Below, in pieces: positions 1 to 15,000 of a DNA stretch of 56,287 bases. A program made the translations under genes and the position numbers. The stretch's first letter is position 1. Every line of letters starts with the position of its first letter. The DNA is taken from assembly GCA_002245135.1 (NCBI GenBank), contig NGBS01000009.1, positions 124,001 through 180,287 of the forward strand, read 5' to 3'. The stretch is from Proteromonas lacertae (Eukaryota). Under the pieces are notes generated by a model that was not told where the DNA came from, ran no database searches, and was given only the letters and a program-made list of their open reading frames with translations.

Positions 1-3000
1 GTGTTTTACCTGTTAATTTATAAGATGAACCATAATATTGTCTATATAATTGATACAAAGGAGAACCATCAGCTTGTGGATTGTAATAACATTTTCCTAT
101 TGGTAATCCTTCTTCATCATAATCTACTGATCTTATATTTGGTTTACCTGTAGTATCATTCACTGAAAGTAAACCCCATTTGTATAACTTTCCAGCTTGT
201 TCACAATCATATTTATTAGTAATTGCTGGATATTCTGACCATGCTGTTGGTAAATCTTTCTTACTACAAGGATCAACAATTCCTTCTACTGGACAAACAA
301 TACCTGGAGGACATCTATTACATTCACTCTTATCTCTCAATTCATAATTCTTACCCCAAGTACCTTGTGGACAACCAATACAAACTACACGATTCAATTT
401 ACCATCAGTGAACTTATAATCATTATTACGATAAGTTCCTGGCTTACACACATTTGATTTAGACATTCCATCATTCTCACATTCTGTACCTGGTGGACAT
501 CTGTAACATTCTACTGTCTGTATTGTTGGAGCATAAAAACCAGGAGCACAAACTGCACTTTCATATAAACCTGGTAAACTTGAATAATGACCTTTTGGAG
601 TTGGAATTGGAACTGCTGTACCTTCTGGACAATAGAAACCAACTGGACATAATCCCATACCTTTAGCTGTTGTACTACCTAATTCACAGTAAAAACCTTC
701 ATGACATGGTTGTGCATATAAGAAATCACCTTTCTTAATTTCATCATAACCAACTCCTCCTGTACAATATGATCCTGGTCTACAAGGATAAGGTCTTAAT
801 GTTGTATCATTTCTAAATGGATCTGATGTTAATGTACCATTTGGACAATAATAGCCTGCTGGACATCTTAGATTTGGCGCTTCTAATCTTGGTTTACTAC
901 ACACCATACCTGGTGCACAAATGGCTGGAATTAATCTACCCATTCCTGGACAATAATAACCTTCTGGACAATCATTACAAAGTGTTTGTTGATTCTGACC
1001 ATTGTAAGTACCTGGAGGACATAATTCTGGTTCTATTAAACCTCTTTTTGGACATTGTGTACCTACTGGACATGGAATTCTTTCACCAAATGGACAGTAA
1101 AAACCTTCTGGACATAGATTATCTCCAAATTCACTTGGTCTTCCCATACCTTCAGGACAATACATTGATTCTTGACATGGTTGTGGTGTTGTGAAGTTTA
1201 ATAATACTACATCATAGAATGCAGTACCTGGATAACAATAAGTACCAGCTGGACATGGAACAGGTCTTCTTAATGAGAAATCATATGATGAATAATCAAA
1301 TACATAATCTGAAACTAATAAATCATTTTCATCTGGTAATCTATAACATGAATCATCTAAACAATATCTTCCTCTTATTGGTATAAAATCAGTATCTGGA
1401 TCTAATGGTAAATAGTGTAATTCTTGCCAATATCTCTGTGGCATATCTGAATAAATAAAACCTATATCAAATGATGAATTATCCCAACACATATGATTTC
1501 TTGATCCTAATACCATATCTCTTGGTTTTGAATCTTTATTTGGATGAACTGTACTTCTTCTTTCTACATGACTGAATGATGGACTAAACTGAGTTGAATA
1601 TACTGGTGAACCACAAGTTGTTGCTGTTGTTGCTGTACCTTCTAAACAATAATGACCTTCTGGACATGGTTGATCTGCTACAGCTACACCTGTTACTTCA
1701 CACACATAACCTGCTGGACAAATACGTGGAACTGGTAAACCATATTCTGGACAATGATATCCTATTGGACATCTTAAACAATCAGCTTGACCATAAAGTG
1801 GTTGATAAGTACCTGGTGGACATAATGTGAAATTTGTATTACCTAAACCATTACAATAAGTACCTCTTGGACAGATTAATATTTCACTCAATTCATTATT
1901 TGGACAATAATAACCTTCTGGACATAATCTCTTAAATTCTAATGTATTTCGGTTAGTTGTATAATCCAAACCATTATTGGATATTTCTACATAAACATTA
2001 TCTGGTGTAATTGTTGTTTTCATTAGATTATAATGGTAAAATTCACCTGTTGCTAATCTATCTTCACTATGATGCAATAATTCAATTGGTAATTGCATTT
2101 TAGACATACATAACACTAAATGTGGTGTAATAAAAGTACCTTCAGAAACATATCTACCAATTTTACATCTTAATGAGGTTGTATTGATGAAGTTCTTTCC
2201 TTCTACAAATATTGGATGATAACCACTTGTAACAATCTCTTTATTAGTATGATGTATTTTTGTAACTTTCGGATTTTCATAATACACATACATTATTCCA
2301 CTTTCTGTATATTCTTGTTCATTAAAACTAATTTCAAATGATACAAATGATGAATTATAGGATGGCCAATGATGTGTTATATAATTTGGATAATCAACTT
2401 CATTGTAGGGATATAATTGAGGGAATAGCAATGTGCCATTCTTATGACGTAATTGACTGTATGACATTATACTAAAATCTTCATAAATATCATAGTATGG
2501 AGTTGTGCATTCTATTTCTGTGGATGATATAAATCTACCATAACTACTTCTCTTACCAAATCTACATCTTATCTCAGTTGAATTGATAAAACTTTTACCA
2601 TAAACTCTGACTTTAGAACCACCAGATTGTGGTCCAAATACTGGTTCTATCTTCTCCAAATAAGGTATTTCATAATAGATAAATGATACTGGTGGTTGTG
2701 AATAATCTTGATTATTAATTGTTACTGATAATGGATATCTTCCTGGTAAATAGGGTGGTGTATAGAATAATATTGAATTGGTTGTATAACTAACTGGTTT
2801 TATTACTACATTACCTATTCTTACATATAATTCATCAGGATAATCAAAGGTTGAACCATAAATTATTACACTTGTATTTCCATATATAAAACCATGATTT
2901 GGTATAACTTTATTAATCTTTACTGGTTTATCATATGTATATTTCACTTTACTTTCAGTCCATAATGCATTTTTACCAACTCCATTTACTGATATTTCTA

Positions 3001-6000
3001 CAGATATTTCTGTTCTTTCTTCATTGAAATATGGTGGAGTAATACAAGCTACTGTTGTTTCATTAATATACACTCTTATTGGATAAACTAATGTATCATT
3101 ATGATCAAATCTGCAATAAATAGAAGAAGCATCAATGAAGTTTGTACCTGTTACTAATACTTCAGTATCACCATAACTTGGACCATGATTTGGTTTTAAA
3201 TCAGTCACATCTATTGGACTTAAATAAGTGAATTTTATTCCACTATCTGTATAGGTTTTACCATTATCTAAAGTTACTTCCATTGTTACTACACCTGGTG
3301 ATGCTGCTGTACCATTCTCCATTGTTATTACTGGTATTTTATCATTATTATTGGCATATACATCTATTGAAGGAATATTACCTTTTACATGGAAGATTGA
3401 AAATTCATAATTATATTCATCTCTAATTTGACTCTGTGATAATAACATTGAAATTGTCTTATCCATTGCTTCAACTCTACTAACAATCTCAGCAGAATCT
3501 AAATCTTCAGTTATTCCACTAATCATTCTATTATAACAAGCACTAGATGGTGTGGATGATGCTAAACATATATTCACTAATGATATTGTAATAGGGAATT
3601 GACTCTTTTGTATTGTCACACTCTCTACAGCTGGTTGTGGACCATTCACTGGGGTAATACAATTAATTAAATTAGAAGATTTATAAGTAGCTGTAACTAA
3701 GTTATTTCCAAATCTACACTTCATTTTACCATTATTAACAAATCCAAATCCATTCACATGAACTAATGTTCCACCATACATATTACCATTCTCTGGATTA
3801 ATAGAAGCTAAACCATAACCAGCTATATTCTCCTGTTGTTGTAAATTTCTAAAATCTTCATAAGGATCTTTTCTATATTCTATTATTACTGCTATTGAAT
3901 TAACACTGTAATCTTGTTCATTTATGGAGACTCTTAATGTGTAATTGTTGGGTGATAATGTTCCTGTTGGACATTTTATTACTGTTTCATTGAATAAATA
4001 ACCAATTGTCACTATCTCTGTCTTAATTGGATCATAATATTTACAATATACTTTGGTTGTTCCATTATTTACTAATGTTGATGAGAATGGATCATATATA
4101 TGTAATGTAAATTCTTCATAATTATAAACTGTTAAATTTCTTACTTCAACTGATCTTATATTGATTGGTATATAATAACTGTAAGTAATATTTGAACTAA
4201 CTGAATTTTGACCATTTAATGCAACTGAGAAAATAACATCAAAATTCCTTGTATTATTATTGTGATTATCATCTTCATCCTCTATTTCTGATGGTATATA
4301 ATGTGGTGATGATAAACACACAATCAACTTACTGGATATCACTTTAGCTGGAGATGTAAATGTTAATATATTTGTATTATTGATAGGTGTAAATGTACAA
4401 GATATTGAATTTGTTTCTATGAAGTTTTCTCCATGAATTGTTATTTCTGTTCCTCCTAATAAACTACCAGCTATTGGATGTATGAAGTGGATAATTGGAG
4501 ATTTGTAATATAAATATGGATAATTTGAATATGTATAATCTTGATTATTATAACTTATACCAACTGTAACATATTCAGAATCAACATTATTATTGTTTCT
4601 AATACTCTCAAATGATGGTGTTTCACATGTCACTAATGTTGAATTAACATAAGTTGCATTTGTCACCACTTTATTATTAAATATACAACTCCATGATTCT
4701 AATTTCACATAATTATTTCCATAAATATATAATTTGGTATTACCTTCAAATGGACCTGAATTTGGTATGATTCTATTGATATAAATTGTTGGATAGAATG
4801 TAAATGTTACATTTGATTTATATTCGGTTGTATATATTGAACTATCATTGTAATTATTGATTCTATAATACACTTCATATCTACCTATATGATGTCTTGG
4901 TGTATTACACTGTATTATTGTATTATTATACCAACCTGGTGTTTCTATACCATCAATCATACAAGATACTCTTAAATCTGTATTGATAATTCTACTTGAT
5001 TTTATTGACAATAATGTTTCACCTGTTTCTGGACCATATTTTGGTATTAATTCTGTAATATAAATTGGTTTTTCATAAGTATAATTAAACAAATGTTGGT
5101 GGTATATATAATCACTATAACTTACTGTGAAATTAACTACTACATTATCTCCATCTAATATTCCTTTGTATTCAGCAGCTGGACATTTTATATGTTTTTC
5201 ATCGATATAAACAGCATTTGTATATTCTGTACCAAATTGACAGTAAATATCACCATTTGATAAATTGAAATTACCACTTACATAGATCATATTATTACCT
5301 GTTACTGGACCATATAATGGTTCAACATCATATATTTCTAAATCATAATACACAAAAGACAGTGTATTTGATGTATAATCATCATTATTTAATGTTACAC
5401 TCACTTCAACAGTTTGTGGAATTTCTATATATGGAATAATACAGTCAATTCTCTTCTGATTAATAAAAGTAGCAAATGAAGTAATATCACCAAATTTACA
5501 TGCTAAATCAGTAACATTTATAAATGAAGAACCATAAATTGATAATAAATTCATACTATCTTTAATTGGGTTATTTCTAGGATGTAATCTTTCTAAATAG
5601 ATTGGTTCAACATATCTGTAATATAAATTAGAATTTGTCTTATAATTATAGTTGAAGTTAAATGCATTTACTTCTTCATCACTATTATTAAATCCATCAA
5701 ATCTTTCAGTTGTTATTACTACATCAAATGATACAATTCCTATTGAATGTTGAGGAGTTCTACAGATTAAAATACTATCATTTAACACTGAACCAAATGA
5801 TGGTATTGTTCCATCAAATAAACAATAGTAATATATTGTTGAATTGAATGGATTTAATCTGAAATTACCACCATACACATGAACTGTTACATTTCCAGTT
5901 GTATAACCATTTTCAGGGTAAATTCTACTCACATAAACCATTGTTTCATAGGTATAGAATATTGATTCTACACTATAATCATAACCATTATTTGTTACTG

Positions 6001-9000
6001 AAACTTGAACTGGGAATTTTGTTATATTTTTATTAAATGCCAATTTTGGAGTCATACATTCTATAGTGTTATTGTCAATATATTTAGCTGTTATTATTGT
6101 ATCTAATAAACCAAATTTACATTTTAATAGTGATAAATCAGGTGTATAGAAATTAATACCTTTGATTAATATTGGTTGATCATTATCATAACTACCTATT
6201 GTTGGTTCAATATCATATATTTTAGGAATATTTATTACTTTATATTTATATTCACCTAAATGATAATAATTAACTTCATTCACTGTAACTGTTATATCAA
6301 TTTCACTGGTTGAGAAATCTTGTGGTAAAATACAATTAATGACTGTAGAATTCTGATAAACTGCATAATTGCATATATCATTGTTATTATAACAACATTT
6401 TAAGGTTCTAACATCAATGAAATTCCTTCCTATCAACTGAATAATTGTTCCTTTAGTAGATGGTCCCCATGATGGTATAAAATGTTCAATATATATATCA
6501 GAGTAATAATAATAATGTAATGGTATATATAATGTATAATTAGTGTAATATTGATTATAATATTCACTGTATGGAATTACATAAACTGAAGAAATATGAT
6601 CGAATGGTTGTGATGGAGTTTCGCATAATATATCTGTAGAATTAACAACATTTGCTAATACTGTTTTATTACTAAATACACAGTATAATGGCTGATTTTC
6701 ATTGAAATAATTTCCTTTTATTCTTACTAAAGTACCACCTTGAATTGTTCCACTATTTGGTATTATTTGGTGTAATATAATTGGATGAACATATTCGATA
6801 GTATCAGATATTTCTATCCAATTATTCTCATTCAATGATAAATATAATTTGTATTTTCCTTCATAATGATATGGTGGTACAAAACAAATTAACAATTCTG
6901 AAGTTATATATTCAACATAATGAGGTTCTAAACTATCAATTCTACACTGTATTTGTTGTGGGAATGTATTCTTAAATCTACTACCTATTATAGAGATATT
7001 AAATCCAGTGTTTAATGGTATTATCTTTGGTGAAATATCTGTTATAATTTGTGATGATTCATAATAGAAGAATTTGTTTGACATGTAGAAATCTTGATTA
7101 TTAAATGATAATAAAACATTTACAATACCTGAACCACTATTTACATCATTATCATCTTCTGTATTGGTTATTGTATAAGCTGGAACATTACATTGAATGC
7201 AACTTTCATTAATATAAACACCACTTACTGTTTGTTCAAATAATGAATTCTTAAATCTAATGGAAATGATTGGTGTATTGATAAATCCTTTACCAAATAT
7301 TAATATTGAAGAACCACCAATTGCTAATGCTGATTTTGGTATAAACTCTGTAATCATATATTCATCTGTATATTCATAGTTTAATGTATTATAATAATCA
7401 TTGTATTGATCTGTATATAACTTTCTTATTCTTATTGTTACATTCACAGTTGATATTTCATTCACTTTTGGCGTTTTACATTGTATATTATTATTATCGA
7501 TTATTATAGCTTCAGTTTCATATGTTTTATTGAATAAACAATGCATATAAAATCCTTCACTTAATACACTCTTGAAATTTCTTCCTTTGATTGTAATAAT
7601 TCCATTTCCAGCTTTACTTCCTGATTCTGGTGTTAATGAATATAATAAATAACTATTTACTACTTCTATCTTCTTATTATATTCATTATAATCATATTGA
7701 TTATTTGATACTGATATAGTGTAATTTCCTATTGGTAAATCAGCTGGTGTAATACACATTATCTTTGTATTAGAAACATAATATGTATTTATAACTATTT
7801 CATTCATTTTACAGGATAATAATGGATTATTGATGAAATTCTGTCCTACTATAGTGATACTCATTCCTCCATTATCTGTTACTATTAATGGTGATATATC
7901 TGATAGTAAAATATCATTGTAATATGTATAATGTAATGAATTCAATGATTCTCCATAATATGAAGTTTCTATTGATATTTGTGTATAAGATGGATTAGAT
8001 ATTTCTGGTGTATAACATTTTATTATATTACTTTCTTCTAAATGACCATTTACTTTATAAATCTCATTATTATCTTTAATAATACAGTATATCTCTTGAT
8101 ATTCAATATTTCTATCAATTGTAATGAATATTTCTGTATTTCCTTTAACTGTTCCTAATGTTGGTGTAATTGATAAAATTGATAAACTTTCAAAGAATGT
8201 AAATTCATAATTTGTATTGATAAAGTCTTGTCCATTTATTGATATATATATTTCACTATTTCCAGGTATATTCTGAGGTGTTAAACAAGTGATATACGTC
8301 TTATTAACAAATACACCTTCAACATCAATATTGTAGTTATTATCATTGATAAATTTACACTTTATTAATCCTTCATTATTATCTCTAAATCCTTGACCAT
8401 ATATATGCAATAGAGTATTTCCTTTGATTGAACCTACTAATGGTTCTATCTCATTAATTATGATATTATCTTGGATTATTAATGTCATATGAGAATCTGT
8501 ATAATCAATTCCATTATTAGATATATCTACATAAGATATTGTTGGATATTCAACTACTGGTACTTCACATTGAATATGATTATTTGATATGTAAATTGCT
8601 TTAGTTTTTATATTGGAAATCATACAACTTAATGATTCAAATGATTGGAAATAATTACCATAAAGATTAATCATATTTGGTTCATCATCTTCACTATCTC
8701 TTATTACTGTTATATTTGGATCTATTCTTTCAATTATTGGATTTCTATAATAAATATAACGAATATATTTTTGGGTAAAATCTACTCCATTATTTGAAAC
8801 TGTTAAATGAACTACTTTTGTATCTTCCTCTGTAATTTCTTCTTCTATTGATGGTGAATAACATTGTATTTCTGTAGAAGAAAGATACTCTGCTGAAATG
8901 ATATATTTATTATCAAATTTACAGGATAAATCTTTATTATTAACAAAATTCTTTCCATATATTTTCACCAATGAATTACCACTAAATGGACCAGAATATA

Positions 9001-12000
9001 TATTATAAATATCTAATTCAATATTAGTTATATATTCAAATAATATTTCACTATTTGTTATAAAATCAACTCCATTCATTGATATATAAACTTCACTACT
9101 TTGTATTGAATTAACTGATGGAGATTGACATTGTAAGGTATTACTTGATATATACTTTGCTACTGAAACAATATCATTTATTCTACAATAATATATCATC
9201 TCATTTCTTAAATAGGATGTAACTGTTACATTTATTAATGTATTTCCACTGATTGGACCGAATTTTGGTGTTATTTCATATATCTGTAACTCGGGTAATG
9301 ATGATATTTCCATTATTTCATTATTCTCTAAAATATCAATAAAACTAATGTTATTTGGTGAATATTCAAGTAAATATCTTCCTTCAGGTATATAATCATT
9401 AATTACACATTGAATGTAAGTTGAATTGATATAATTCACTTTGGTATATACTCTACCATCTATTCTACAACTTGATACATTTGTCATAATAAAGTCTTTT
9501 CCTATTAATGAAATAGTTGAACCAACTTCTTTAATGATATTTGGATATACATATGTGACTGTTGGTTCAATATAATAATAAAATGATAAACTATCGGTTG
9601 TATATCGATTGTTATTATAATATATAGTGAAATATAATATTACATTTTCATTGGTTGATTCTACAGTTGGTGTTTCACAACTTATCTCTGTATTGGAAAT
9701 GTATTTACCATTTGTACTAATTGTATTATTATTATTATTATTATCTCTATAAAATACACAATTGATATTATCAGAATAATAGAAATTCAATCCATAGACT
9801 TTAATATTCTCATTTTTATTCATTGATAATAGATTTGGAATAACATAACTCAATTTCATTGCATTTATATAATTAATAGTGGATAATGTATATTCATTCT
9901 TATCTTGTTTATTATTTGATACTCTCAACACTACAAATCCAACTTCATGTTCTGGTGTTATACACTGTATTTCTGTATTACTAATGTATTTGGCTTGAGT
10001 ATATATTTCATCAAAATAACATGATAATAATGTATTATTGATAAATCCTCTTCCATTTATTGTTATTATATTTCCTCCATAAATTGATGATTCCATTGGA
10101 TTTACACTGTTTATATTAATATTAGAATAATATGTATATTCAAATGAGTATTGTTCATATATGTAATTATTAGATCTCAATACAATTCTTATTTTATCAA
10201 CACCTAAGCTTGGTGGAGTTTGACATTTCAATAATATATTTGAATAATAAACAGCTTCAGTTTGAATATCTGTATGACTAAATACACAATAATATTTAGA
10301 TGTTGTTGTGAAGTAATTTCCATTTATTTCTATTGTTGTATTACCATCTTCCACTCCTAATAATGGTTCTATTGAATAAACTATTGGTTGATCTTTTTCT
10401 TCAAAAATATATTCGTTACTAATAATTGGCTTGATGTATTCAAGCTTTATATTGGATATTCCAGTCATATTGTTATAATATACATTCACATCCACAATAC
10501 CAATAGCATGAGGTGGTAATAAACATGATATAAATGTAGAATTATGATATTCAGTAGATATTAATAATGAATTATCTAATACACAATAGAAACTAGTTGA
10601 ATTAAGGAAATGTAAACCATAAACATTCATCTTGGAATAACCATGGATTGATGCCTTATTTGTATTTTCATTATCTATTTCTATACCTGTTACATAAGGT
10701 GTTGCTAATGATTTATAAGTGATTGTATTAGTGAAATAATTGTATATGTTTAATGATAATTCATAAATATTTTCAACTATATTTTGAGGAGTAATACAGA
10801 CTATATCATATTTACCAATTATTTCACATTTTGATACATATTCTATATTACTACCAATATGACAGTATATATCTTTATATTGATTGGTTACTGTATTTAA
10901 TGTGATTTGTAGTGAATTATTTCTCAAATCAAATCCATCAGCTGATGCTGGAATTATCGACATAATTGTTGGAATTTCTATTAAATGATAATAATCATTA
11001 GATTTTATATAATTGTAATTATTATTGGAAATATAAATTGCATTTGAATCTAACTTACTACTGGATATTAAACAGTATATCATTGTATCATTAATATATA
11101 TTGTCTTATACTCTTTATTACTATAACTACAAGTTGTTTTATCATTGAAATTATATCCTCTAATTGTCACATAATTCTCTTCATTTATTACTCCATAGAT
11201 TGGTTCAATATTCTCTATTAAAGGTGATTTGTAGTATGTATAAACTAGCACATTACTAAAATCAATTCCATTATTCGATACAGTGACATTCACTTCATTT
11301 ATTGTACTGTACTTCTGCCTTGGTATATAACATAATAAAGTATATTCATTAATATACACACTTGGCTGCATTTCTGTATTAATATAACAATGTAATAAAC
11401 CAGTATCTACATATCCTTTTCCATGTATTATTATATAATTACTATCTCCTTCACTTGGTCCTGTAGATGGGTATAATTCATTAATTTCAAATCGATCATA
11501 GATTAAGAATGGCTCATTAATTGTTATATAATTTTGACCATCATCATATGATATAGAGATTGTTATTTGTTTTGTAAACACTTTTATTGATGGAGTTATA
11601 CAGACTATTTCACCTGATAGTTTATGATAACCTTTATCTACTTCATTTACACCATTTTCTTCATCTGTGAATTTGCATAATATATTGTTACGGTTTAAGA
11701 ATAATTCACTATTCTCATTCTTTTCATCACTGTATATTGTCACATATGTTCCTCCTAACATTGATCCTGTATTAGGTGATAAGTGTAATAAGAATGATAA
11801 TGGTATGTAATTATATAATAATGAATTAGTGTTAAAATCTTCATTATTTAAGGAAACTGTTACTTTTACTGTTTTTTGTGTAATATTATTATTATCTTCA
11901 TTTAATTTTGGTGTTTTACAGTTAATTATATTTTCACTGTTTATTACCTTACAACTAACGACATTATTATTATCACCAAATTTAGTATAAACTATACCAA

Positions 12001-15000
12001 CTGTATTGCTTATTTCACCTGAATATGTAATATTCACTTCAGTATTTCCATTGATATTTCCACTTAACGGATATATTTCCAATAACTGAATATTATTATA
12101 ATAATTATAATATTGTGTGTAAGGATATTGTGTTTTACCAATAAAGAATTTCATTGTAATATTATTATTTGAGGATTTTAATGTTGGTGATAAACAATAT
12201 TGATAACTTGAATTTATATAAATAACATTCACATATATTGTATTATCAAACTCACAATAACTGTTGGTTAAATTCATAAAGTTTCTACCTTTCAATAATA
12301 TCTTTGTATTACCAGTAATTGGACCTGATGTTGGTATTATTTTGTATAAAATTGGACGAGAAATAATATCATATTTCAACTCATTAGATGATGATGTATC
12401 ATAATCTATTCCATTATATGTGATATATAAATTGTAATTATTTGGTTCTAAAAACAATGGAACTTTACATATTAATTCATTGATTGTATAATAAAATCCA
12501 TCTGATATTGTTACTTCATCTTTATTATTACTGTTTTCAAATTTACATTTGATTATTGCAAATTGTGGAATTATATTGACAGTTTTAATATATATATTCG
12601 TCTGATCTCCTTCTATTCCAAATGTGGGTGAAATACTATCAATCTTTGGTATTTCATAATAATAAAATGGTTGATTCAAATATATATAATTTTGACCATT
12701 TAATGAATAAGATACAACTACACTATTGGTTATATCACTTGATGGTGAATTACATTTGATATTATTAGTTTTATCAACTCTATAACCATTTACTTCTATT
12801 TCATTAAATTTACATTTTAAATTATAATTATAATAATCATATAATTGTATATTCTGACTTATAGTGACCTCAGTATTTCCTGTTATTGGACCAAGTATTG
12901 GATTATAATATATGTTATTATCAATAACTGAAGTAGTTGTAACATTGTGATAATAATAGAATTGTGCAGTAGATAATCCTGACTGTTTACCAGTATTGGT
13001 TACATATATAAATACATTTGAATACTTTGAATTACTGGTAATTGGAGGTGTATAACATTGTACATGTGTATTATTAATATATGTTGCTGGCATTATTTGT
13101 TGGTTTATATAACATGATAATGTGGTTGATTCTATGAAATTAATTCCTTCTACTGTTATTAAAGTACCTCCTGAATCTGGACCAACATTGGGATAGGATG
13201 AAATTACATTGATTCTGTTATGATATTTGAAATATATCTTATTAATTGGATTTGAATTATAATCTCTTTGATTATTACTGACTGTTACTTCTACTGTATC
13301 TGTTTCTAACCCTTCTTGTTCATCAACCAATAATAATTCAGGAGAAATACACTGTATTAATGTTGTATTGATATATTCAGCTTTGGTTATTTTATCACCA
13401 AATTTGCATGTTAATAATTCAGTATTGATGAAGTTATTACCGTATATTAATACTTCAGTATTCTCATTCTTTGGACCTACAGTTGGAGTAATATAATCAA
13501 TCACAGCATCATCATAATAAGTAAATGTTAAAGTGTTTAGTGATTTATCATTTGGATTGTTTAATATGGATAATAATATCATATCATTTGTATAGTTATT
13601 ATTATTATTATTTGGTGGAGTAATACATTGTACAGCTATGTCACTAATAAATATTGCACTTGTAGTTGATAGTCTTTCATTATCATTATTGCTATTTAAA
13701 TAAACACATGATAAATCACTAGAATCAATAAATCCACTTCCACTAATTGTAACTACTGTTCCACCAACATTTGGACCTATCATTGGCTTCATTGAATATA
13801 AGAACAATTGTGGTATAAAAGTAAAGTATAAATCACTTATTGGTATATAATTACTACCACTATTACTCAATGATATTGAATATCTACCTGGTAAATGACT
13901 TGTAGTGTTAAATGATAAACATGTTTGATTGTAGATTGTACATTTAGCAATCATATTTTCACCTATTCTTATATAACTACTGTAAGTTTCATCAGTGATA
14001 AAACCTGTACCATATACATAGACTATTGTTCCACCAGATACTGGACCTTCCTGTGGTATTAATTTTGTTAAAGTTGGTTGTGGTTGATAATATAATTGAA
14101 CTGTATCATTACTTATAAAATCTATGAGATTTGTTGTTATTTCTACTGTAATATTACCTGGTTTTGATTCTGGAGATAAACATTCGATTGTTTGTGAATT
14201 GATATATTCTGCTTTTATTAATTTGTTATTGATTCTACAGTATAAGTAATTATTTCTAAAGAAACCTAATCCATGAATGGTTATTGGAACATTTCCAAAT
14301 TCTGAAACAGTTTTTGGATTTATTGAATAGATTTGTAATGGGATTGTGAATATTACTGCTAGTTGATTGGTCAATTCTTCAGCTTCACCATATAATACTG
14401 TTAAATTACTAATCAATACTGATTGGTTAGATTCTAATACCAATACAGGTGTATTACATTGTATTAATTCCGTATTTATAAAAACACCATCAGTTACAAA
14501 TTCTCTATTTCTACCATACATACATTTATAAACTGTATTTTCATAGAAATTAAATCCTCTTATTTTAACTACACTAGATCCATCTGTATGTATAATATTT
14601 GGATTTGTTGATATTAATCTTGGTGCTATTTTATATGTAAATGTCATTTTAGTATCCATATAATCATATGAATTATAAGATATATAAATCTCAACAGTTT
14701 CATTGATTGGATTTGGTGGGACTATACATTCTATTCTGTTATTAACTACATCATATTTCCCAATTGTAACTTTATCATTAAATCTACAAGTTAATTCTTC
14801 ACTTACATTTATATAATTTCCATAAATATAAATTGGATATAATCCATAAATTGATCCTTCTGTTGGTTTTATTTCTAAGAAATGTGGAATAATATAAAAA
14901 CTAAACTCCAATTCATTGCTATATGAATTAATATCATCAAAATTCAAACTAACTTGAAGTGATACATTATTCATTGGATCATAAGACGGTGTATTACACT

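Noticed and set aside
223..1830. Plus-strand Leu/Asp-rich ORFs (223-411, 817-1194, 1594-1830), also 16034-16276
   Set aside because: Antisense shadows of the giant minus-strand gene.
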